Shown piece after piece: positions 38,701 to 48,341 of a stretch of 64,000 bases of DNA (positions are counted from its first letter, which is position 1; every line of letters begins with the position of its first letter). Made by a program: the position numbers and the translations under genes. The stretch is from an uncultured virus (IMG/VR IMGVR_UViG_3300037067_001926). Lineage: Duplodnaviria > Heunggongvirae > Uroviricota > Caudoviricetes. Below the pieces are notes generated by a model. The model ran no database searches. It was given only the letters and a program-made list of their open reading frames with translations, and was not told the DNA's origin. The stretch is taken from the IMG/VR virus record IMGVR_UViG_3300037067_001926. One strand, 5' to 3'.

Positions 38701-39935
38701 TCGAGGTTCCAGACCGTACGCAGGCGCGTGCTCAATTCCGCTTCGGCCAATTTCAGGTTCTTCTCAAGAAGCGGGATCTCCTGTTCGATAGCCTGGGGAT
38801 CGAGCGGGGCCTCTGGCGTCCGCCCGGCGGACGGTTCACGAGCCGGCGGTGGAACGGCCGAAGGTTCTGGAGGTGGAGCTGCGGCAGCGGGCGTGGCAGG
38901 AGCCTTCTCGGCAGGCATCCCAAGGCGTTCCTCAACCTTGGTGGTGAACTCCTTCAGCATCTGCTTCGCACTCTTGGTGGCCCCAGGCTTGCTCTTGCCG
39001 CCCAGGCGGGCGACAGTTCCCATAACGATACCTTCGGCGACGGCCCCAGGAAGATCGACCGGCTGCCCGGAGGCAAGTTGCTGGCCAGCCGTCAGGCCCG
39101 TAGCAAGTGCGCCTGCTCCAACTGGCCTGGAGATGTTCTCGATTACCTTCGGGGCCCGCAAGATCGGGACCTTGGATATGACCTTGCCGGCAACATTCTC
39201 GGCAACAGGGAACCCAACCTTCCCAAGGAGATAGCCTGTAGTTGCGCCCTTGGCCATCCCCATAGGGCCTTGGTCTGCGGCCTCTACCGCTCCGACAACT
39301 CCCATCCCAGCGGGTGTACCTGCCCCAGGCAGGAGGTAGAACGGAAGATTCCCGGAAGCCCTGACAGCGGCTTCAGTTACCGCCCGTGGGAGAGTAGTAG
39401 GCTTCGGAATCGCCGCAGCTTCCTTCTGCTCCTCGCCAGCGTGTCGGCGAAGCCGGCTTTCAACAGCCCGCAAGAGTGGAGCACTTTTCTCGCGCGGAAC
39501 TCCGAATGCACCACCAAGTTTCTCGGCACCAGTAGCCCCAAGCCCTGCCAAGTTGGCCCAGGTGTTGGCCATCCCAGTTTCAGCTAATGCACGGCCGCGG
39601 TTAAGGGTGTCCCACCAACTCGCTTCGCGTGCTGGTGGAGGAGCTATTCCAGGCTTCGATACAGCAGCAGGTGGGGGCTGGGGCGGGGTCGAAGTTTGAG
39701 TTGGGGCTGTCCCCGGCAGGTCAAATATCTCAAAGTTATTCTGTAGGTCTGGGCTGTCAGCAACAAGAGCCGAGGCGAAATCACTGTCTGAAAGCCCTTG
39801 GGGGTGCTTTGCGCTGATCCTGCCGAACGCAGCAACCGCATTAGGCTCGCCGGCCTCGTACGATTTGTAGAAGTTGTCGGCGAACTTCTGGGCGGTTATC
39901 CTGGTCTTTTGGGCCTGCCCTGGGTCTGGCATCAC
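35763..39935 (-). CDS. Large internal virion / polyvalent protein with a 2H phosphoesterase (Acb1-like) domain
   Basis: Gly/Ala hydrophobic N-terminal region typical of ejected proteins; Pro-rich linkers; two HxT motifs (PHVTVRYG, PHVTIAY) about 77 aa apart. Confidence 0.75.
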   Translation of the reverse strand: MMPDPGQAQKTRITAQKFADNFYKSYEAGEPNAVAAFGRISAKHPQGLSDSDFASALVADSPDLQNNFEIFDLPGTAPTQTSTPPQPPPAAVSKPGIAPPPAREASWWDTLNRGRALAETGMANTWANLAGLGATGAEKLGGAFGVPREKSAPLLRAVESRLRRHAGEEQKEAAAIPKPTTLPRAVTEAAVRASGNLPFYLLPGAGTPAGMGVVGAVEAADQGPMGMAKGATTGYLLGKVGFPVAENVAGKVISKVPILRAPKVIENISRPVGAGALATGLTAGQQLASGQPVDLPGAVAEGIVMGTVARLGGKSKPGATKSAKQMLKEFTTKVEERLGMPAEKAPATPAAAAPPPEPSAVPPPAREPSAGRTPEAPLDPQAIEQEIPLLEKNLKLAEAELSTRLRTVWNLEHGKTKAAPKIIDKARAAVEEQQAHVDEQRAYQAKLQADLSAARIRSGQPIEAEYVDIPPEAPAAAPVPPPPAEIVTPDAAAEIFGRASAATAAPGDTTPPPPPAAPAPAPLPTPPKGPPSPSGAAAPIPTPAPVVEPVEPTTPTKHTPRSTRSRKAKPTQEETETARKLLEVVDLAKSHGIDLSLEEAQRLVQMPSERVLASRVDMENRALQEPDIQRRAALQPDISFYDDLYNAKEGRAPAGAAPQAPAPQHDYATTQVNLPEGARHRIGAIAENIAKSDLADEGIETFPHVTVRYGLEAENHAPVAEALAGEGPVTFTVGKLKVFPASEANGSDVLVAEVDSPDLHRLNSRLASLPGATTHPEYKPHVTIAYLKPGKGAKYAKKLANPLKGMRFTSDKVEFGDRFGGKSQIQLAAAAPPVTPAKPVVVGKSMADLANVKVTPPPPAPPATPSGLHQVMFYDKPIPGAKGEWKPYNPDTPPETLAEAQETLADLQERYPKMRLRVEEVPQAPAPKAVPEPVTASPAEEALTSAGFKERKRAGEVRRGFEPGEGSLVRTWTKVLPDGPLTVRFDPETSSWQAVRFSAKGKELPAAKGEDVASMLEFIEDVGKPSAAPPAVRPTSVQLPRGGPSGPAPVGSGGEAPPPGPAAASKKGKLPAFMQKVVDFYEPGNIIYKSYWASYDKIIDFRMKPNHTFEVLAQRVDVQGNPVPGESPRWHSTPPARGDRIVVKAESAGRTPPPARETVLKVEPETGKLVEAPATELVRGKTYVVASESPELMASPGERLTYVGESGGQAQFRTESGSLLKSGVTAGEISKSLTPEGKQGLPSVESFLKGESGQADYSRLAEVATRAAGRFARPPMARPRFPAGYWAKRGGEIIPLEDMARHDNIPGTDGLAGLLRKGDVRGRGANVEVFSLEAADPAALRVALEEASKYGKEVHVDTALTSAVYDSAELAEAGYDLSQARPSRQWRRGE
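36484..36498. repeat. Dispersed palindrome copy 9
   Basis: GTCCGCCCGGCGGAC in the 1390-aa protein. Confidence 0.95.
38818..38832. repeat. Dispersed palindrome copy 10
   Basis: GTCCGCCCGGCGGAC in the 1390-aa protein. Confidence 0.95.
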
Positions 39936-42900
39936 TTGCCCCCCTTCAATATCTGTAGCATCCGTCTGGTGTCCTCATCCAGATCCTTGACACGCACCCC
40001 CAATGGGGGCCCGCCTAATCGCCACCCTTCGAACTCAGCCATAGCGCTGGCCAGTTCCTCTAATCGCGGCTCAATAGACGACATGGGCGTGGTCCTTGGG
40101 ACTCCCAGCCGGGTAGCCACGTATTCAGCATAGGCACCTGGATCGTTGCCGGGGTCCGAAGCTGGGGCCCACACCTCGAACAGCTTCTCCAATGGATCCG
40201 TGGCCTTGACTAGACGGCTTTCGCCAGTCAGCTTGCGGCGCAAGTCGGACACCCCTGCACGCCAGCCTTCCTCTGGAGTGGCAAACTCTCTGAACTCCCC
40301 ATCCATGTCCTTGAGATTCAGCGGGTTGTTAATGCGCTCGTTGAGGTTGAGCTTTTTATCCTTCTGCCGAACGGGCGGAGGGATCTTTGGCGCGGCAGCG
40401 GCCGGTAACTGAGGCTGATTGGCTGCATCACGTTCGTACTCTATCCTACCGATCTCGTTGAAGACCCCCTCATCCAGGAGTCCTCTGCCGTACCAGTCGT
40501 CAATGAGCTTTTCGCGTTCTGCTTCAGGCTTCGACAGCAAGTACAGAGCTTTGGACGTATTATTGGCGTACAGCAGGAACCGTTCGCTTTTCTTCAGGCC
40601 CTTCTGCTCCGCAGTGATCTCCCGCAGAGCGTCGGCTGTCGCCTCCCATCCCAACTTCTCATCACTGTAAGCATCGAACAGAGCATCTGCTTTCTCGTCT
40701 GGAGTGAGCTTCTTCACTTGCAGGAGGAACCTGTCGGCATCCCGCTTGCGCGTGTAGGACTCAGTACCGGCCTGTTCTTCGAACGGTTCCAATTCGCGCC
40801 GCAGACGTTCCTCTTCTCCACCTCCGCGGGAGCCAGTGAACAGAGATCCTGCTTGGCCGATGCCCGTCCTCTCGACCAGGGCCTCAGTGGTCAACCCGCC
40901 CGACTCCGAAGGAGTAGTCAGCAGCCGACCTACGCCGCCGCCCATTCTCCTGACCAAGTGCCGAAGCATTGACGGGCTGACTCCAGCCTTGCCTGTCAGC
41001 CGGCCGGCCTCGATCAGAAGTCTACCAACTGGGAACGTCTCCATCTCCGCCGGGTACCTTTTCTCAGGTGCGGACTCCTCAGATCCAGGGGGTTCAATTG
41101 AGCGCCCGCCATACAGGTCCTTATTGGCAGCCATCTCGAATGCCGTCGATATGATCGGGGGCATCGCTTGGGTAGCCAAGACCCCGGCCGAAAGCTGCCC
41201 GTTGCGGGAGAACGCGACAGGAGAGATGTCCGATAGAGTCTCCGTTACCATCTCCTGATACCTGATCGGGTTCTTGCGGCGCATGTAGTCCAGGAAAGAC
41301 TCCACTGGATTAGACGCCCAGCGGTCGTAGTCAGCCTTGGGGATTCGCCAGACCTGGGTGGGCTTTCCGTCCTTGTCAACCTCATCACCGTAGATCAGGT
41401 TGAAGAAGTTCTGCTTATCGTACTCGCTCAATTTGTCGTATGTCCCCTGGTGGTTCTGGATGTTGTGGTTGTAAAGCATGTACGTGGGAATAACCACAGT
41501 AGCCCCAATGACAGCAGCGGACTGCATCGGGCTCTTGCGCATTGCGGACAGGACATTGGCAGACCCCTGTACTCTAGCATTGAAGAATGGGATAAGTTGG
41601 TTGAGAACCCTTGTGTGGCTACCTATCCTGTTGAAGTCCACTGTTAAGTTGCGCCCAAGCCAAGCTGCTTCAGTGGGGCTCATGCCACGTCCGACGAGCT
41701 TCTTGTACGCCCCCACGCGAGGAGTTAATTCAAGCACTTCCGATGCCTTGCGCATGAGCGCCAGAGGATTGTACTCACGCAGATTGCGGCCGAAGTCGCC
41801 CTCGGTGATTCTGGCGAGTGTGGAGGTGAGGTTAGGGTCACGCTCGAAGAAGCCAGACATGGCTCCACCAGATCGCATGTACTCGTCGAAGTCCTTGGTC
41901 CTCCTGACGGTAGCCGCGAATCCTTTCGCCCATGCCACTGGGCCGAACAGACCAGGGAATCGGAGATTTGCGGTGCGATAATCTCTCCAGATATTCTTCA
42001 TGAAGAACGGTAGGTAGTAGACAGTAGATCCTGAGCGGATGGCAGCATTAGTGTTCCTGGCTAGTTGCTCCCAGAGTTCCAACTCGCGCCCGCCCATCCC
42101 AGCCAACGATTCCTTTACTGGCTTCGGCACTGCGTACTCGTTCTTTATCCCGTCCTCCCACGCTACGACCTTGTCTTCGCCCAGCTTGACGCTCTCTCCT
42201 GGATTGAGTGGGCGTACAACGTCTTTCCACTCTTCGCGCTTTGACAAGTCCGCCACCTTGCGCATCACGCGGTTCTTCGCAGCAGTTGCGGTCATCCTGT
42301 GGAGGTTCAAGATCAGTCCCTCGGCTGGGTCCACTACCTCAAGTTCTGATCCTTTGATGGGATAGACTACTCCTTGCTTGCGAACGATCATGGATCGCCC
42401 ACCAGCAGGGATCTGGTTCAGCGCATCCTCATCTACAAGGAACTTGAGACGTTGTAAGGGGACATAGAACTGGTTGTTGGCCTTGATTGCATCATAGCCT
42501 TCGTGCGGAATCATCCCGCTATCGCGGTAATTCCTAAGCATCTTGTCGGCCAGACCCCGCAGCTTAACCGCCTGCTCGTCCATCAGGCGTTGGCCAGCCG
42601 GGCCGGCACTGGCTCTGATATTTGCGAGGCGAACCCTCGCTGCTTCAATGCTCTCCCCACCGGGTAGAACATAGTCCTCAATGTCTGGCCGTCCAGCTAA
42701 CTCCTCATGGCGCTGGATCTGCACCATCTGTTTGAAGTTGTCCCAGAGCCCAGCCTCCTTCAGGGGCATGGCAATGCTGCGCAATTCATCGTGACCTTTC
42801 TGAATCTCATAACCATGCGCGACATACATGCGCTGAGCTTTGTATGGGTCAGCTTCCGGGGCCAGCTTCCCCAGCTTTGTCAAATCCAGAGTTGGCTGAG

Positions 42901-43564
42901 CTGCGTCGAAATACTTCGTCAGGAACTCGCTCTTGTCACTGCCTCCGATTGCCGCTGCGCGGGCGGTCCTCTCAGTCTGACGGACAGGGGCAGGTTTCCC
43001 TCTGAGCGCCCCCTTAAAGGCCAAGGCTCCCATGCCGGTTTCGAGTACGCCGGTAGTTAGGATCTCCTTGGCGCGTCCCTCATCCCCGGACTCCAGCGCT
43101 TTGCGGAACTCTGGGACTTTCTCCACCCCGCGGCGGATCATGTCGGCACCGAAGCCGGCCATTATCAGCTTTCCTACGAGCTTTGTCGCAATGGACTTCA
43201 TCGCGCCACCGATCAGTCCACCCATTGCCAAGCTCGTTGGAGATGTCATCTCTGAGGCGAACTTCGCAGCCCCGCTGACTATTCCTGGCTCATCGGTACC
43301 AGCCTCGAACCGCACAATCGGGAGAGTAAATGCGTTCTGAGGAGCATCCGGGGCAGGAGGCTTCTCGCTGAATACTCGGCTGATGAGGGTATCGCCAGTC
43401 TCAGGCGTGCCCATCAGAATGTCCCGAATACGTTGGCGAACGGTCCTAACCTGCGGGGGTGTAGACGGTGGAGCCGATACGGGTGGAGGCGCAGCAGGGC
43501 CTCGCAGCGCTTGCCGCATACGCTGGCGGATCAGATCGTCTTCGGAGGTCTGATTCTGTGGCAT
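39932..43564 (-). CDS. Internal virion protein with an LPD38-like region and a C-terminal lysozyme-fold domain
   Basis: NQLIPFFNARVQG...IPK...EMAANKDLY (LPD38-like); C-terminal NNPLNLK..FATPEEGWRA..WAPASD..NDPGAY..MAEFEG. Confidence 0.7.
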   Translation of the reverse strand: MPQNQTSEDDLIRQRMRQALRGPAAPPPVSAPPSTPPQVRTVRQRIRDILMGTPETGDTLISRVFSEKPPAPDAPQNAFTLPIVRFEAGTDEPGIVSGAAKFASEMTSPTSLAMGGLIGGAMKSIATKLVGKLIMAGFGADMIRRGVEKVPEFRKALESGDEGRAKEILTTGVLETGMGALAFKGALRGKPAPVRQTERTARAAAIGGSDKSEFLTKYFDAAQPTLDLTKLGKLAPEADPYKAQRMYVAHGYEIQKGHDELRSIAMPLKEAGLWDNFKQMVQIQRHEELAGRPDIEDYVLPGGESIEAARVRLANIRASAGPAGQRLMDEQAVKLRGLADKMLRNYRDSGMIPHEGYDAIKANNQFYVPLQRLKFLVDEDALNQIPAGGRSMIVRKQGVVYPIKGSELEVVDPAEGLILNLHRMTATAAKNRVMRKVADLSKREEWKDVVRPLNPGESVKLGEDKVVAWEDGIKNEYAVPKPVKESLAGMGGRELELWEQLARNTNAAIRSGSTVYYLPFFMKNIWRDYRTANLRFPGLFGPVAWAKGFAATVRRTKDFDEYMRSGGAMSGFFERDPNLTSTLARITEGDFGRNLREYNPLALMRKASEVLELTPRVGAYKKLVGRGMSPTEAAWLGRNLTVDFNRIGSHTRVLNQLIPFFNARVQGSANVLSAMRKSPMQSAAVIGATVVIPTYMLYNHNIQNHQGTYDKLSEYDKQNFFNLIYGDEVDKDGKPTQVWRIPKADYDRWASNPVESFLDYMRRKNPIRYQEMVTETLSDISPVAFSRNGQLSAGVLATQAMPPIISTAFEMAANKDLYGGRSIEPPGSEESAPEKRYPAEMETFPVGRLLIEAGRLTGKAGVSPSMLRHLVRRMGGGVGRLLTTPSESGGLTTEALVERTGIGQAGSLFTGSRGGGEEERLRRELEPFEEQAGTESYTRKRDADRFLLQVKKLTPDEKADALFDAYSDEKLGWEATADALREITAEQKGLKKSERFLLYANNTSKALYLLSKPEAEREKLIDDWYGRGLLDEGVFNEIGRIEYERDAANQPQLPAAAAPKIPPPVRQKDKKLNLNERINNPLNLKDMDGEFREFATPEEGWRAGVSDLRRKLTGESRLVKATDPLEKLFEVWAPASDPGNDPGAYAEYVATRLGVPRTTPMSSIEPRLEELASAMAEFEGWRLGGPPLGVRVKDLDEDTRRMLQILKGGK

Positions 43565-43576
43565 CCCCCACTCCTG

Positions 43577-45346
43577 CTATTTCCTTCGGAAGTTCCTGAC
43601 CTCTTCTGCCCGAATCTCGGCAGGAGTCTTCGCTGCTGCCGGGGCAGGTTGTGGCCTTGGGGCAGTTTGCGGGATCGGTGCAGTCTGCCTTGCGGCCGGT
43701 GGAGCCGCCTTGCCTCTACGGGCCCTGCGGGCCTCATCCTCAACCTCGTACTTCAACTGAGGAGTAGTGGGGATGTCGGCTGTAAGGAAGTCCTTGGCCC
43801 TCTTCTTGGCCATGGCATTACCTTCCATGCCGTCAATCAGGTCCTGTGCCAGAATTGGGTTCTTGTTCTGTGCCAGTGCAGCTTCGTAGAGCGCGGCAGC
43901 CTCCATCTCTATTGGGTCCTCTGCCGTTGGAGCCCGTCCGGGGATCAGCCCTTCTCCGATAGCGACTGACCGCCTAGTGAACATCGGACCTTCAGTGGTC
44001 TGCACGATCTCTGGCTGTTCCTGCCCGTACAGAGCAGCCTGCCCGGCAGTAATAGGGGTCGCAGAACCTTTGGATTTGTCTACAAGGTATAGTTGAGGAA
44101 CACCACCCGGCTTCGTAGATCCGGTTACCACAGCAAGTCCTGGGCTCGGTTCCCTGGTCGCCACGCCCCGGTTGTATACCTGCCAGCGATCTTGGTTTGG
44201 TAGTGCCTCAGTAGTCCCGGCCTTAACCAGAATCCCGCCTACTCGGTCAGCCTCATGGCGCTCTCCAGTCTGCGGGTCAATGGCAACCAACTTCGTCTCG
44301 CGCTCTGGGATGATTCCTCTCTTCGCCAGAATGCTCTCAGCCATGTAAGACCCATAGGGGTAAGCGTTTCTTACTTGCGTTGGCGCGGTAGCGGTTTGTC
44401 CCTGGATCACGTAGGATACAGGTTGCGTACCAGCCGGCCGAACTTCTGGCGGTTGGCCTCCCGCTTGCGCGGCTGAAGGCCCTGGCACCATGTACGGGAT
44501 TGCCTGGGACAGTTGGCCACCAGTCTGTGCGGCAGGGGATTCAGCCGCTGGTTGGCCCGTGGTCTGTGGCTGAGGCTGGCCACCCTGCATCCCCGCCCAC
44601 AGCATCCAGTCACGACTGCTCCCCGCTATAGACGCTTGCCCTGTGCCAAGCCACTCCTTGAAGCCCTCTGACCCTAGTTTTTCCCTGAGCTGGTATTTGT
44701 TGGCGATCTCTACGGCCAACCGTTGAGTATCCTTGTCATCCAGCGGTATTCCATTGCCAGCTTGTCGGGCCTGCTCAGCCGCCGCCGCCAGCTCATCATT
44801 CGCCCTGTTGACCCAGTACGTCTTGCTGGCGACGTTCGCGCCTTCTGGCCCCTGAGGGGTGACCATCGCGGCAATCTCACCCATCGCAGTGTTTATGTCG
44901 ATAGGCTTCTTCGTCTTGGGGAGTTCCCCGCCAGTCATGGCCACAAGGGCGCTCTTTAGGAATCCCCCAACCCCGCCCGGCTTGGCATCACTCAGCTCAT
45001 CGGCCACCCTCCCGAACAGCCGCTCGTTCGCGGCCTCCGCTATCGCCGCTTTTGTGTCCTCAGTGATGCGTGGATCCGCCAGCACGTTGGACACGTAGTT
45101 GTGGTACTTCTGCTCACTTTCCTCACGCTCCGCGTGCTTCTGCACGAAGTTCTTAAACCGCTCCTCGCGTGCCCCCTGAAGGGCACGAGACGCCAGACCA
45201 GCCGCTTGCGCCCACCCGCTGGCCCACCCGACATTGGGGTCTATCGGCTCAGCGTTCCTGGGCTTCTGGAGCTGCTGCATCAGCAACGCTGTGAATGGTC
45301 CACCAGCGCCAATCCCACCAATCCCTCGCTGACCTTGATCCGCCAT
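43577..45346 (-). CDS. Putative internal virion (ejection) protein
   Basis: Position in the podovirus ejection cluster; Ala/Gly/Gln-rich. Confidence 0.55.
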   Translation of the reverse strand: MADQGQRGIGGIGAGGPFTALLMQQLQKPRNAEPIDPNVGWASGWAQAAGLASRALQGAREERFKNFVQKHAEREESEQKYHNYVSNVLADPRITEDTKAAIAEAANERLFGRVADELSDAKPGGVGGFLKSALVAMTGGELPKTKKPIDINTAMGEIAAMVTPQGPEGANVASKTYWVNRANDELAAAAEQARQAGNGIPLDDKDTQRLAVEIANKYQLREKLGSEGFKEWLGTGQASIAGSSRDWMLWAGMQGGQPQPQTTGQPAAESPAAQTGGQLSQAIPYMVPGPSAAQAGGQPPEVRPAGTQPVSYVIQGQTATAPTQVRNAYPYGSYMAESILAKRGIIPERETKLVAIDPQTGERHEADRVGGILVKAGTTEALPNQDRWQVYNRGVATREPSPGLAVVTGSTKPGGVPQLYLVDKSKGSATPITAGQAALYGQEQPEIVQTTEGPMFTRRSVAIGEGLIPGRAPTAEDPIEMEAAALYEAALAQNKNPILAQDLIDGMEGNAMAKKRAKDFLTADIPTTPQLKYEVEDEARRARRGKAAPPAARQTAPIPQTAPRPQPAPAAAKTPAEIRAEEVRNFRRK

Positions 45347-45356
45347 ACGGCCCCCA

Positions 45357-46055
45357 TTAACCCTGTGATCCTGACGACTTATTGCCGAACAATCCGCCGG
45401 TAAGTATGTTGCCTACGGTCCCGGCCAGATTGCCGGTCAGCCCCATCGTTGCCGACTTCTTCTTGTTCTGCGCCTCTGCCGCGGAAGCTGCGGTACTGGA
45501 CCCCGCCTCCCCGAATCTCGCAGCCGCCCCCGTCTTGTTGACGCTCCAGTTGGCTATCTGGCTCCCCAGGTCAGTCAGCTTGTCGAAGCTCGACGTGTAG
45601 CCCTGGTTGAGCGCGGCAGCGGTAGCTCCGGCCTGCTGCGCCGGTAGGTTCATTAGCGCATAGTCCTGAGCTACTCCACTTGGCCCGAGGTTGATCGTCT
45701 CCTTAGCGGCCTTGTACTGCTTGGACAACTCCGTCAGCGTCGGTGCCGCGGCGGAGACCATCTTCGATCGGTCACCACTGGCGAGCGCGGAGTAGTAGTC
45801 GATGGGGATACCATACAAACTTTTTGCTTGGCTCTCCAGCGCAGACGCCCCGGACAGTTGATCCTGGGCCGTTGAAGTCTGCCAGTTCGACACGTTCTTG
45901 AGTGTACTGGTGTCAGCGCCCTTGCCACCTTGAAGCCGCGGGACTAAGTACGTCCGCCCGGCGGACTGAACGAGGATCCCACCTTGGGCCAGAAGACGGG
46001 AGACCTCCGAAGGAGAGAACTCAATATCATCCCTAGTGATTAGCCGTACCGTCAT
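45357..46055 (-). CDS. Putative DNA-transfer/pilot protein
   Basis: Ser/Ala/Gln-rich with a Gly-rich hydrophobic C-terminus; follows the GNAT gene as in P22/T7-type layouts. Confidence 0.55.
   Translation of the reverse strand: MTVRLITRDDIEFSPSEVSRLLAQGGILVQSAGRTYLVPRLQGGKGADTSTLKNVSNWQTSTAQDQLSGASALESQAKSLYGIPIDYYSALASGDRSKMVSAAAPTLTELSKQYKAAKETINLGPSGVAQDYALMNLPAQQAGATAAALNQGYTSSFDKLTDLGSQIANWSVNKTGAAARFGEAGSSTAASAAEAQNKKKSATMGLTGNLAGTVGNILTGGLFGNKSSGSQG
45952..45966. repeat. Dispersed palindrome copy 11
   Basis: GTCCGCCCGGCGGAC. Confidence 0.95.
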
Positions 46056-46612
46056 ACTGACCTCCTCTGCTCCCACTCTGTGCGAGTCATAGCGCTGATG
46101 TATACTGCGCAGGGATTACCTTCCCAAGCACTGAGATTTGGTATTGGACCGTGGAGCTTGAACCCAAGCAGTCTGGAATATGCTAAGGCTCTTCGATTGG
46201 GCGCTGGGGTAGTCCCGAACAACCCAACCAAGCCCAGCGTCTCGAAGGCCCAGTCGATCATCTGCCTGCCAAGTACCAGCTTCTGCTTCAGGCTGGCCTC
46301 GGGGAAGAAGGCCATCCCACAATCCCCCTTGATGCCGGCAGGCCCCATGTCCTGCAACTGGTTGATCCACCCAAGCCCTGCCAACTTCTTGCCACAGAAC
46401 GCTGCCAGGACGTGCATCTTCCCATACGTCTCCAGGAACCAGGTCAGAGTGGGAGGCCCCTCGGTGAAGATCGTATCCAACAGGCCATCTGCCCTAAACC
46501 GTAGATACGCATGGGCTAGGATCTCGTCAGAGGTAGTAGGGATGATGAACAAATCGTCCCCTTCGGGATTTCTTGAGGGGGTGCTCTTGACAACTTCCTC
46601 CATGAGTTCCAT
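46052..46612 (-). CDS. GNAT-fold protein (P22 gp14 / T7 gp13-like position)
   Basis: MIDWAFETLGL..LFGTTPAPNRRALAYSRLLGFKLHG is the GNAT C-terminal pattern. Confidence 0.7.
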   Translation of the reverse strand: MELMEEVVKSTPSRNPEGDDLFIIPTTSDEILAHAYLRFRADGLLDTIFTEGPPTLTWFLETYGKMHVLAAFCGKKLAGLGWINQLQDMGPAGIKGDCGMAFFPEASLKQKLVLGRQMIDWAFETLGLVGLFGTTPAPNRRALAYSRLLGFKLHGPIPNLSAWEGNPCAVYISAMTRTEWEQRRSV

Positions 46613-46659
46613 ATCTGGCTCCAGACTACCCTATTGATCTTGTCAACACCAGAGTTTTC

Positions 46660-47310
46660 TTAGACCCTGTACCAGTTCGATTCACTGACTGTCATGAAGT
46701 TCAACGTGCGGATCTGGAGCCGCACTCGGCGCACTTCCGTCTTCCCCGTCTCGGTTGTGATCGTGCAGACCAACAGGTACTCACTGCCGTCGACAGCCCC
46801 AGGCACCGAGCTTTTCATCCAAGAGTCAGTGTCGGTGTTGCCCTCATCGGAGATCACCACGCCCGCGTCAGCGGTCCAGGCTGAAGTGACGATGGCATCC
46901 CCGTTACCTAGCCAGGGCTCCCAGTCCAGCGACACGTTGACCTGATCCGATACGCTGCTGACGATCGTGTGGAAACACTCCAAAGGAACCGGAGTAGTAG
47001 CGGCCGGCGTCGGCCCAGGGGTGATGTCCGCGCAGGGCCCGAACCCGCGGTTACCCAATGATCCACTGAACGTCAGGGAGCCAGTGATGGGCACCGGCGT
47101 CGGCGGTGGAGGAGGGCCGAAGGCGACTTCTACGCACATCTGGGTTACGTCGATGTTGTTGTACGGGAAGTTGCAGACTTCGACTACCTGCTGAGTCACG
47201 TCGATATTGTTCGCAGGCAGATTAGCGACTTCCACCACCTGCTGGGTACACCAGATCGACCCGATGTAGTGCCCCAGCCATTCGACGAATTGCTGTGTGG
47301 ACTTTATCAA
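46660..47310 (-). CDS. Tail protein with VTQxxVEV repeats and a fibre-adaptor domain
   Basis: Four TQxxVE repeats; C-terminal LDWEPWL..DAIVTSAW...ITTETGKTEVRR paralogous to 49897 and 50217. Confidence 0.6.
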   Translation of the reverse strand: MIKSTQQFVEWLGHYIGSIWCTQQVVEVANLPANNIDVTQQVVEVCNFPYNNIDVTQMCVEVAFGPPPPPTPVPITGSLTFSGSLGNRGFGPCADITPGPTPAATTPVPLECFHTIVSSVSDQVNVSLDWEPWLGNGDAIVTSAWTADAGVVISDEGNTDTDSWMKSSVPGAVDGSEYLLVCTITTETGKTEVRRVRLQIRTLNFMTVSESNWYRV

Positions 47311-48341
47311 GAGATCCTCTTGAGCCCCTGCTGCATGGCATTCACTTCGGCCACCTGCCAGTCATTGCCGGTGATCGGGTTCTTGCGGAACGCTTCGGTG
47401 AAGTCGATCCAACTCTGCCAGGAAGGATAGAAGACCCTCGAAGAATCGTACATGCTGCCGGAGATCTTATACCGCGGGCTGAACGAAGCGTCGCCAGCTT
47501 GATCTTTGGTAGTGACGTAGTTTGCCTGAAGCCCCTTGATCGGGCCAATAGCCCCCAAGTCCTCAAGATTTACGGTAGTACTGTGCCCGGTGGTTGGGGT
47601 GTAGATTATCGTTGTCGCATAGTCAGGAGTAGTGTCCTTGGTAGCTCCCCAAGCCGTTGCTGATCCGGTTATGCTCCATTGATTTTCGTCACCAACCGCG
47701 TTAGGCCGGATGACGTACAGGCGGATGTCACCCAGAAATTCACCGTCCGTGACGTACACGTCATCGCAATAGGCGTTACCACCATGGAATGGCCCTGAGC
47801 CTATCCCAAAGTAGGACCAGCCTGATTCAGCAGGGACTCCGCTAAGCGCTCCTGTGGCGGTTACCAGAGTCTCTCCATTACACTTCAATGTCCCGGTGTA
47901 GACCCAGGCGGTTTCGCCTACTGCCATAGTAGAGCTAAATTCAATGTAGTACCAGTTGCCAACAGTTAACACTGACGCTGACGTGGCTGAAGTGACGCTA
48001 TATGCCCCATAGGTTGCAACGAAGTACATTCTGCCGTCCTCAAGATGGTACAGCGTTGCTTTGGCGTTTGTCCAGGCGTTGTTCATCTGAATCATTACAC
48101 CAGGGTACGCTAGTGTCATAACCTTGTAGGCGCACCCAACCGTAAGCGTGTTGTTAGTTGCGCCGGAGGTTGGGTTGCGGAGTGCCTTTGTAAGCCACAC
48201 TCGAGCCCCCGCCGAACTTAGGTCATAGCAGCTACCTGTCCTGCCGCTGGTGCTGATATTTACCCCGCTTAGTAGTTTTAGTGTAGTGTCGCTACTGCCA
48301 AGGTGGTCTCCACACGAGTCTAGGAACAGAAGGTTCGGCAT
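47307..48341 (-). CDS. Tail/fibre protein, beta-sandwich (lectin-like), paralog of 48341-49318
   Basis: LFLDS...WYYIE...DDVY...GD....RPNAVG...NPITG..W...VNAMQQGLKRIS. Confidence 0.6.
   Translation of the reverse strand: MPNLLFLDSCGDHLGSSDTTLKLLSGVNISTSGRTGSCYDLSSAGARVWLTKALRNPTSGATNNTLTVGCAYKVMTLAYPGVMIQMNNAWTNAKATLYHLEDGRMYFVATYGAYSVTSATSASVLTVGNWYYIEFSSTMAVGETAWVYTGTLKCNGETLVTATGALSGVPAESGWSYFGIGSGPFHGGNAYCDDVYVTDGEFLGDIRLYVIRPNAVGDENQWSITGSATAWGATKDTTPDYATTIIYTPTTGHSTTVNLEDLGAIGPIKGLQANYVTTKDQAGDASFSPRYKISGSMYDSSRVFYPSWQSWIDFTEAFRKNPITGNDWQVAEVNAMQQGLKRIS

Noticed and set aside
38262..39587. Long opposite-strand ORFs (also 7964-8848, 20788-21849, 54828-55694, 61852-62949)
   Set aside because: GC-rich shadows of well-supported genes on the other strand; no motifs.
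46618..46646. TTGACA on the minus strand upstream of the GNAT gene
   Set aside because: No acceptable -10 at 16-18 bp spacing.
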